Of a stretch of DNA of 64,000 nucleotides, positions 51,389 through 64,000 are shown piece after piece. The position numbers and the translations under genes were made by a program. The notes below the pieces were generated by a model. That model was given only the letters and a program-made list of their open reading frames with translations. It had not been told where the DNA came from and searched no databases. Source of the DNA: Eledone cirrhosa (Eukaryota); assembly GCA_964016885.1 (NCBI GenBank), contig OZ024747.1:40548001-40612000 (forward strand), in the 5' to 3' direction. Each line of letters opens with the position of its first letter. Position 1 is the first letter of the stretch.

Positions 51389-51631
51389 TCCTGTCTGGCT
51401 CTCTGGAGAATAGAGGAAATGTGTTTCCTTGAAAACTCGTATGACTCTAAAACCCGGTCCGTCTGTGTGGTTACATACAGACTAGCTGGACACTCACTGT
51501 AAAGTGTCCAGTGAAAAACTCAGTACATGTACATATGTATACATGTGTGTATTTATATGCATACTAATACTTCCGGATACATATGTAGATGTACACTTTA
51601 ACTTAATTATATATATATATATAAGGTTTTT

Positions 51632-51812
51632 GGATTGGCAGTATCGGTAGAGGGTCGGAAGCCATGCTTTCCAGCATAGTTACGTCCCTTTACGATCTGA
51701 GTTCAAATCCCACCGAGGTTGACTTTGCCTTTCATCCTTACGGGGTCGATAAAATAAAGTACCAGTAATGAACTGGATAATTGCTGGCCTTGTGCCTATA
51801 GTAGAAACAATT
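51632..51812 (+). mobile_element. Meta-domain tRNA SINE (inverted, internally deleted copy at 52609-52752)
   Basis: Same family as 21192-21373. Confidence 0.78.
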
Positions 51813-52241
51813 AAATTAACAATGAAAATAAAAACAACAAAGTCAAGTTATTTCACCTATTCATATCATTGTTTTACGATCGTTTCGGAGGGTCGATCAT
51901 ATTGACCTATTGTCTGATCTATAGCAGTTATATAACTGTATACTATCAGACCTCATATATGGGTTGGATCAGACCCAGGTTTTTTTGGAAACAATGAAGT
52001 TAGAATTTTTATTGGTAGTATATAAACAGGGTAGATATAAAAATAGCCATACCATATAAATACATGTTCCAGATTGCCACCTTATATTGATAGCAGCCAT
52101 GGGAGGAGATTAGTGACATTCTATGACCAAATGTCATTTAAGGTATCTAAGTGGGTTAATAGCAGTGCAAAGATAATGAATAAGATGGATAGGAGGATAG
52201 ATAGGAAGAAGTGGAAGAGGTGGTAAGAGGAGGTAAGAGCA

Positions 52242-52338
52242 GGAGGAGGAGGAGAAGAAGAAGAAGAAGAAGAAGAAGAAGAAGAAGAAGAAGAAGAAGA
52301 AGAAGAAGAAGAAGAAGAAGAAGAAGAAGAAGAAGAAG
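52242..52338. repeat. (GGA)n(GAA)n microsatellite
   Basis: Seen directly. Confidence 0.95.
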
Positions 52339-53149
52339 GTACAGAAGAAGGGGAAGAATGCATAGAAGAGAAAGAGCAATAAGAAGATCATAATTGGGGT
52401 GAGTGTCCTAGGTGTAATAAATCTTCAATGAGGAGATGTTAAGTTAAAAAGTAAAGAAATAAAATAAACTGAACTAATAAAGTAGACTTTCACTTGGGTG
52501 TTCAATTTCCAATATAGTGAAAACATTTGGTTATTGGATCAACTTATAAATTGTTGTATTGTTAACCTGAGAAACCAGTATTTAGTTAAACCTTAATAGG
52601 TAATAAATAATTGTTTCTACTTTATCGACCCCGTAAGGATGAAAGGCAAAGTTAACCTCAGCGGGATTTGAACTCAGATCATAAAGGGCCGTAACTCTAT
52701 GCTGCAATGCATGGCGTCCAACCCTCTACCAATACTGCCAATCCACTGCCCTTAATAGGCAATTAATAATATTTAATAATGCCTATTGTGGAAGGCGTAA
52801 CTTGAGTCCCACATGGGGTTAAATGTGTATATACATAGACACACACATGCCTCAATCTGTTGGACCCTTTCTAAAAACTAACCTTCTCCTAAAGTTACTC
52901 ATTTCCCTCCCCCCACCCCCCACCATTGCCATTTGGTCCAATCATACCTCTGTGGTTTATAGTAAGTTCTCTTACCAATCTCTATAGCAAAGCCATCACC
53001 TCAGTTATTACTCCTTAAGTTTAGACCTGATTACTTTTCGGTTTGCTAAATGGACTACGGAATTTGGAAAGTCTGAACACTCAATGACAATGTCACTGAT
53101 AAAGATAAATTCACCTCCCAATGCCGGACAAGAATGCAAGGACTTCTCT

Positions 53150-56100
53150 TTATTTCAGACATGGATGACCAACATAATTCCGTCTCTCGCACCTCTCCCT
53201 GTGCCTCCAACCATCCATTCCACCCACCCAACGAAATCCAAAACTTCAGAGTTGGTACCATGAATATAGGCACATTGAAAGGTAAAATGAGGTTGTAGAG
53301 ATGCTTGAACGTAAGGATGTTGATGTTTGTTGTGTTCAAGAGACTAGGTGAAGGGGTGGATCTGCTAGATTCATTGTGGGTAAAAAATGATGCTATAAAC
53401 TTTTCTGGGTGGCAAATGACAATGGTCTGGGTGGCGTAGGAATTATGTTAGAAAAATGGGTAGATAAGGTAATTGCTGTAAATAGAGTGAATGACAGAAT
53501 AATTAAAATAAGATTAGTTCTAAATAGGATAACTGTATCAATTATATCTGTCTATGCACTGCAATCTGGCCTACTTCACATTATAAAAGACAGATTCTAT
53601 GAGTCGCTAATGCTCACTAACGCCCAAATAACTGACAATGACTACATAATTATTGCTGGTGACCTATGGTCATGTTGGACAACATTGTGATGGCTATGAT
53701 GGAATCCATGGAGGTTATGGGTTTGTTACTAGAAATGAGGAAGGCTTCAGGATCCTGGAATTCTGTGATGCTAATAACCTAACTATCTGTAAAACAAATT
53801 TCAAAAAATGAGACAATCACTTGATCACCTATAGATCAGGGGAACACGCCAGCTAGATAGATTATATCCTTACTAGAAGACGTGACAGAGTGTCTGTTGT
53901 AAACAATAAGTCCCTCCCCCATGAAGAATGCACCTCCCAACATAGCCTCATAGTTAGCGACCTCAAAGTCAGGACTAGACGTGCTCAATGACAGAGGAGG
54001 ACTACCCTGAGGAGAAGAATATGGAAGTTGAAGGACCCACAGCCAGTGACAAATTTAACTTGGTGCTTTTGACAGTAAGGGAGAGCAATTAGAGATGTAC
54101 AATATAGAGGAACAGTGAGAATTCTAGAAAGTTAACCTGCTGAAGGCAACAGATGAAATCTGTAGCTGGAGTAGACCTATAGGTAGGAGGAGAGTAACTT
54201 GGTGGTGGAACAGTAAGGTGGAGGAGACAATCTAGGCCAAAAATCAGGCTTGGAAAGTATGGCGGGATGGGGGAAGTAGAGGACACTATCAAGTGGCCAA
54301 GAGAGAAGCTATGTGAACCTTGCAAGAAGGTAAGCAGAGGAGAGAAAGTTCAAGCATGTTCTACAACGAAAGGACCAAAAACGTGAGGTGTTCAGGATTG
54401 CAAGACAATGTGTCAAGGAAAACCGTGATATTGTTGGGGAGAAGTATGTTCATAATGATGATGGTGTACTTGCCCTCACTGATACTGATAAGAAGGTAGC
54501 TTGGAAGTGTCACTACGAGAGACTACTAAATGAGGAGAATAAATGGGAAAAAAGATAATCTGCAAATTGATCCAATAGAGAGATCAGCGGTGCAAGTTAA
54601 AGGTAGTATAATAAGTAAGGCAATCAAAGATCTGAAGACATGCAAGGCAGCTGGACCTTCGGAGATAGTTGCTGAGATGTTGAAAGCATCTGGAATGGTG
54701 GGACATACTATGGTCACCCGGACAGTAAACCAAGTAATACAGAATGGGGTCATACCAAAGGACTGGCATAGCAGCATCATCATTAACTGCTACAAGGGTA
54801 AATGAGATGCTCTAGATAGGGGGAAACTATAGAGGCATTAAATTAGTTGACCAGGTCATAAAGGTCACAGAAAGAATTATAGCACAACTAATCAAAGATT
54901 GAATTGATCTAGATGAAATGCAGATTGGGTTTGTGTCAGGTAAAAGTACCACAGGTGCTCTTTCCTTGTACGATAACTACAGGAGAAGTACCTATCTAAA
55001 AGTAAACCCCTCTACTTAGCTTTTGTTGACTTGGAGAAACCCTTTGACAGAGTCCCCCACTCCATTGTCTGGTGGGACCTTAGAAATCTAGGAGTAGATG
55101 AATGGCTTGTAAAAGCCATGTATAATGATACAGTCAGCAAGGTTAGAATTAACAATGAATATAGTGAAGAATTTAGCATAAAAGTTGGTGTTCATCAAGG
55201 CTCTGTCCTTAGCCCCCTCAGGCTATAACAGAGGAGTTTAAGACTCGTTGCCCATGGGAACTTCTATATGCAGATAATCTAACTCTCATAGCTGAATCTA
55301 AGGCTGAACTAGAGAAGAAATTCCAAACATGGAAGCATGGCCTAGAATCAAAATGTCTTAAAGTTAACTTGTCTAAGACTAAAGTTCTAGTATGTAGAAA
55401 GGAAAATAGGGCACAGGGAAATAGCCATGCTCAGTGTGTAGGAAAGGAGTAGGTAGAAATTCCATTCTATATCCCAAATGCAAACTATGAGTACATAAAA
55501 GATGTAGTGGGATCACAGGCAAGCTATCTAAGGACGTACATTTTATATGTGGCCGATGCTTAGGTGCAATAACTAGCAAGTACCCAGAGGATACTAGCTC
55601 CTTCTACTGCCTAGATGGTTCTATAGAAATAGTGGACACTTCCCATTATCTGGGTGACAAAATCAGCCGTGGTGGAGGGGGGCTTTGAAAGTACAGTAGC
55701 CAGAGTTAGAACTGGATGGAAAAAGTTCAGAGAGCTTATACCGCTGTTGGGCTCAAAAGGTTTCTCTCTGAAAATGAAAGGCATACTGTATGATGCCTGT
55801 ATACGAACAACAATGTTACATGGCAGTGAGACATGGGCATTGTGTGAAGAGCACCTGCGCAGAATGGAAAGGAATGAAGCATGCATGCTTCGTTGGATGT
55901 GTAATAGTAATATACATGAACAGCAAAACATAAATGAACTAAGTGAGAAATTAGGAATAAGAGGGATCAGATGCTGTTTACTTGAGAGAAGATTACGTTA
56001 GTATGGTCATGTGATGCACATGAAAGACGACAGCTGTATAAAAAAGTGCAGGGCGATCAAAATTGATGGAAGTTACGGAGTAGGTAGACCTGGGATGACA

Positions 56101-56215
56101 TGATAGATTCCGACCTTGCACACTTGCACCTCTCTAAGACAATGTCACAGGATCGAGATCTTTGGTGCCACGCAGTAATACAGAAGACCCGCCTTCCCTA
56201 CGTGCAAAGTTAACC
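53150..56215 (+). mobile_element. RTE (BovB-like) LINE, near full length, heavily degenerate
   Basis: APE motifs FRVGTMNIGTL and IIAGD; RT motifs FVDLEKPFDRVP, GVHQGSVLSP, LLYAD; HGSETW. Confidence 0.88.
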
Positions 56216-56715
56216 TACAGTCAGTAGCCCCCTCCAAACCAAACATACACCCCAACCCACTACCAGTCGCACTCCCAGATGAACCCATATCAGGTTACAT
56301 ACATGAATTCTTCACTACAATACTACAATACTACCGAAAAATGAGGGGTAGTAGTTGACCTGTTTACACCACTGCTTCTAAGGTCAATTAGGTCACCTAG
56401 ACCAAAACGCCCCTATTTTCTAGGTATATACAGTTATTATAGCTGGTTGTTAAAAACAACCCTAGCAGACTAATCTGTTTCAAGGACAACTGACCTAAGA
56501 AATTCACTAGATTTGGGACTGGAGTGTTAAGATAGTATCTGACCAATGAGGAAAAGGTATATTCTTCAGATGCTTGAATTCGTTCTTTCTAATTAATATG
56601 CCACCAGTTTTTTGAGAAAATAACACCACACTTCGGAATGGGGCATATCAACAAAATAATGCAGGTAAACTTTGTTCCATCATTAAGTTTTCCTGTTTTT
56701 TCTGTTCAAGTTCTA

Positions 56716-56774
56716 GCTGCCTGATGAGGTCATAGCTGTTGAATAATGGTTATCACCGAAATATATATTGCAGC
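56716..56774 (+). ncRNA. Type-I hammerhead ribozyme motif
   Basis: gctgc CTGATGA ggt-c-atagctgtt-gaat-aatggttat-c-acc GAAA t-atat-ATT gcagc, followed by AATAAA. Confidence 0.78.
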
Positions 56775-56922
56775 GAATATGAATAAATGAAATGAACTGT
56801 AACATGTTGACATACGCTTCTAGTTTTTAAATTTCTCCAAAGTGAACAGACCCACCTATACACTTTGTTGAGTGCTCTAACCTCCATACTGAAGTGTCGA
56901 TAGACAACCACCAGATACTCAA

Positions 56923-59032
<2,110 letters not shown>

Positions 59033-59800
59033 CAGCTTCTCTTACAACTAATACATGCCGATATACACCCTTATTTTAACATACTTTTGCTCATAGCTTC
59101 GTACTTAAATGCACACACACTCCTTTACTCACATATACACACACATTTCTTCTTAGCTTCGTACGGACCTATAATAACACACACACACAAACTCATGCTT
59201 ACGCACGTACTCAAGTATAGCTCTTTTTACAAAACGTTTTTTTTTCCATTTCAGGTAGATGCGTTCCATCATCTACTTTTCTAAAAAACAAATCATACAC
59301 AAAACGCCAGCATCAACAGTTTTGCAAGAGATGCCAACATGAATGGACCTGTTATTTTTATCTAAAGACATTTTTTCCAATTCCACCCCACCTAGTAGGG
59401 TTAAGATTCATACATAGTTGTTGTAGGGTTGCAATTAAATACGTCCGAGGGCGGTATGGCGTTTGAGCACTCGATGCTCACGCGGAGCAGAGTATATTAT
59501 TATAGATAACGAGGAATCAGTGATGCATCAAAACACAATTTATTAACATATTACATATGTTTCTTCGTCGATCAGCTCAAGACAGGATCTGTTACAGATC
59601 GAACCCGACTCTGCATTCACAAGTTCCTCAGATAAATCTTGCGTTTTCAATCATTAGAATCGGATGCAATGCTTTGAAAACGCAAGACATGAATTTAACC
59701 AACTATATTGGAAAGGTGCCAATACACCATTTTATGACTGTCCAGTATCTTGCTTATCACATCATCTCTTCCCATTTTCCATGTTATTATTATTGTCATT

Positions 59801-60865
59801 ACTGAACGGGTGTGGTCGCCGTTCGCCAGGCACATTTTCCGACAGCTCGTCTCCTTGACGGAGCTGCAGTTCTGGGTCAGAAAAAGACCGAGGGATAGCG
59901 GTTGGAAACTGGAATGTCTCCAGGCGCTCACTGCCCTCTCCCAGTTGGGCACCAGTATCGGTGGAACATCCACCTCGGCGTTCTATAGAGAACTAGTGGA
60001 GGGGAAGAGCGACGAAGTTCTCGGAGAGATCCTGGGCGTCGAAGAAGATCAGCTGCTTGCTCTCTTCCGGAGAACTTTCAGCCCGGGGCCTATGGATAAC
60101 TTCCAAAAATCCCTGGCCTGGCAGTGCTACCGGGGAGCGCTACCGGTTCGAGATAAGCTCTACAGGCTGGGAAGTGCCGTCAGCCAAGCCTGTCCGAGAT
60201 GCGCGCATAGCGACGAAACCGTTGTGCACGCACTCGTTCAGTGCCCGAGCATTGCTGACTTGTGGAGCTATGTCGAACAGTTGCTGTCACGTGTGGGACT
60301 GATCCGGTTTTCGACTGAGTCCATTGTGCAGATGGTCTCGCCGTCTTCCTTTGAGGAGGAAGGGCAGGCGGTTTTCATCTGCCTGGTGGCCATGGCGAAA
60401 GAGATTGTGTGGTGGACAAGGTTAAAAGGATTAAAGACAAACACTTTCCTCTTCGGCGAATCCCTGATTAACTTTTTCAAGTTTCACTTGAAGAGGAAAA
60501 TCAGGGTGGAGAGGCAAGTGCTGCTTTCTAGCATGTTTGTTGAAAGGTGGGTGAATATATGTCTGTAGTTTGAGAGATGGAAAAATTGAGAGAGGGCGCT
60601 TGCCCTGGTAGTCAGGGTGGCCGTGGTCTTTTGTGTGGTTTTCACCACTAGTAACCCTCGGAAGTTTCTCCCCTATTGGGGAATTTTTCATTGTTTCAAT
60701 TTTCATTTTATTGTTTATATATATATATGTTTTATGTCTTTTTTCTTTTCTTATATAAATAATAAAAATATTTACACGCACAAAACTCACATCGTACCGT
60801 CCTGTTCCGTCTGTGATGTTTTTCTTGATGTCAGCCCTTGTGGCCAATAAAGAAATCATTATTAT
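59801..60865 (+). mobile_element. L1/Tx1-clade LINE 3' fragment (zf-RVT domain) with AATAAA and (ATT)n tail
   Basis: AWQCYRGALPVRDKL..CPRC..ETVVHALVQCP..LW. Confidence 0.85.
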
Positions 60866-60985
60866 TGTCATTACTATTTTACGCTTCTATTCACTCACTA
60901 TTACAACTATTACTACTTCAACTACTACTATTATTATCATTAATGTTATTAATATTATTGTTGTTATTATTCTCCCATGTATCTA

Positions 60986-61124
60986 TAATATATATACATA
61001 TATATATATATGTATATATATATGTATATATATATATGTATATATGTATATATGTATATGTATATATGTATATATATATGTATATATATATGTATATATG
61101 TATATATATATGTATATATATATG

Positions 61125-61155
<31 letters not shown>

Positions 61156-61320
61156 GTATATATGTATATATATATGTATATATATATGTATATATATATA
61201 TATGTATATATGTATATATATATATGTATATATGTATATATATATGTATATATATATATATGTATATATATATGTATATATATATATGTATATATATATG
61301 TATATATATATATTTATATA

Positions 61321-61366
<46 letters not shown>

Positions 61367-61437
61367 TATGTATATATATATATGTATATATGTATATTAT
61401 ATATATGTATATTATATATATATATATATATACATAC

Positions 61438-61471
<34 letters not shown>

Positions 61472-61496
61472 GTATAAATATATATATATATTTATG

Positions 61497-61550
<54 letters not shown>
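60986..61550. repeat. Long imperfect (TA)n/(TATG)n microsatellite
   Basis: Seen directly. Confidence 0.95.
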
Positions 61551-62283
<733 letters not shown>

Positions 62284-62288
62284 AGTGT

Positions 62289-62336
<48 letters not shown>

Positions 62337-62808
62337 CATCATCATCATCTTCGTTTAACGTCTATCTTCCACGCTAGCATGGGTTAGACGTGAGTTGTCC
62401 CACTTGAGGCAAGGTTGGTCGGGTGACCGTGTCTCGCTCATATAGGACTGCCTGGCAGGTTTTCTACGGCTGGATGCCCTTCCTACCAACCACGTTTACA
62501 GTGTGGAACTGGGAATTTTTACCATGTTACCTAGACGGCCACATTACAGCGTGGACTGTGTGTTTTTTTGTCGTGACACCTACACGATCTCGATCTCGTT
62601 ATCTCATTTATTTGGACTGAATGTTGTGGTACCAACTTTACAGAGAGAGGTTGGTGTTGGTGGGAGTGGGAGGATAGGGTAGGGGTAGTGTATTGGGGTG
62701 TATATTTGGTTAAGAGGTGCCTACTGACTAGGTTTTGCTTTGTACATAGGCAAGGCGGGTCTTCTGTGTATATATATTTATATATATGTATATATATGTA
62801 TGTATATG

Positions 62809-62873
<65 letters not shown>

Positions 62874-63090
62874 GATAACAAAATATCGTTAAAGGTAATC
62901 CACATAGAGGTTGTGAATACTTCTTATTATGGATAGTTTTAGCGTACGGTGTTGTTTGACTCACCAAGAGGTTTACATAGATGACGAGTTTATGATTTAA
63001 CTTGTATTCCTATGTAAGTTTATCTTGGAGTAATAAAATTGAAAAAGTGAAGAATAACATGGTCAACAGTACAAAAAAGGGGATTTATTT

Positions 63091-63198
63091 ACAGTCTAAC
63101 AATTGTTTCTCTGATTAAGTTGTCTAAAAATTGCTGAACACTAGAAGCAGTGAAACTCAATTTCAAATACGATGATCAATCAGATCATCAGAAACTGT
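63091..63198 (-). ncRNA. Type-I hammerhead motif with a greatly extended stem II
   Basis: acagttt CTGATGA tctgattga..~60 nt..ttaatcaga GAAA caattGTT agactgt, then AATAAA. Confidence 0.68.
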
Positions 63199-64000
63199 TA
63201 CAAAAATTATATATAACCGGCAAATTTACAAATTCAAATTACATCATCAATAATAATATTAATAATAGAGAATGAGAGAGAAAAAAAGAAAGAAAGAAAG
63301 AAAAAGAAAAAGAAGAAGAAAAAGGAGAAATGAATACAGAGAAAAATATAGAAAGAAGAAAATATATGGATAAATGATGATAGAAAGAGGAGAGACATGC
63401 ATAAGGAGAAATAACGTAGGAGAGAAAGAGCAATAGAGGGAAAATAATGATATCAACAATAAATTAATAAACGTTAATATATGAATAAATGTAAATAAAA
63501 ATAAATAAATAAATAGATATACAATACAACAGGAGAAACATAATAGCACCACTGATGATGTTGCAGATGTGCAACGAAAGAACTTTGTTAGACTAAATAT
63601 ATGTGTTTGTGTCTATATTATATCTGTATTTTTGAGCGTTGGTCAGTCAATGATAAAAATTGAGGACCAAATGAATTAACTGGGGAGTTATAAAAGATAC
63701 AGAAGCGAAAACCAACCAAACAGTGAGTGTGTTCTGTTATTAATTCTGGCAATATTATTACAACAATATGTGCCTCCACAAGTATAACTATATATATATG
63801 TATATATTTATATGTATGTATTTATATGTATATATATATATTTATATGTATATATTTATATGTATATATATCTATATATGTATATATATATGTATATATA
63901 TGTATATATATATACATATATATACATATCCGATTCAACCCGGAATAACTTACCTATATATATATTACTGGTAATAGGATAGTAATTAATGACTATCTCT

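Larger units (their letters stand above)
50541..51608 (+). repeat. Tandem array of 2.3 units (470, 462 and ~136 bp), each full unit with a hammerhead
   Basis: Units start at acatacagactagc (50541, 51011, 51473) and are nearly identical. Confidence 0.95.

Noticed and set aside
50767-51432. Duplicated 67-aa ORFs
   Set aside because: GTG starts, no motifs; a by-product of the tandem repeat.
51866-51998. Functional hammerhead on the minus strand
   Set aside because: Stems I and III are present, but CUGANGA has decayed to ccaaaaa.
63545-63597. Hammerhead-like ctgatga-t-gttgca..tgcaac-gaaa
   Set aside because: Stem I does not pair; at best a relic.

Overview
AT-rich, microsatellite-rich eukaryotic DNA. 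The SINE/LINE repertoire (CORE- and Meta-domain tRNA SINEs, Dong/R4, RTE, Penelope) suggests a cephalopod such as Octopus (inference). The backbone is ten minus-strand GT-AG exons (49364 down to 14996, 1613 nt, phases consistent throughout) encoding the N-terminal tail of an outer-arm axonemal dynein heavy chain (DNAH5/DNAH8-like). The introns are filled with transposable elements: five Dong/R4 LINE copies ending in microsatellites, a compact 4.2-kb LTR retrotransposon nested in one of them, RTE, CR1, L1/Tx1 and Penelope remnants, hAT/piggyBac/Tc1-type MITEs and many SINEs. Most notable: (1) the LTR element has no TGG-type primer-binding site; the 12 nt abutting its 5' LTR are exactly complementary to nucleotides 1-12 of tRNA-Phe(GAA), suggesting priming by a 5' tRNA fragment. 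It also has a GGGAAAC slippery site with a possible pseudoknot and a DIRS-like RNase H. (2) There are at least nine type-I hammerhead ribozyme motifs, including a retrozyme-like 462-nt tandem array, two ribozyme-bearing palindromes and variants with very long stem II. (3) The 5' UTR of one Dong/R4 family keeps a conserved splice donor/acceptor pair. (4) Inverted SINEs bracket an in-frame exon pair. All calls were made by eye; no database searches were run.
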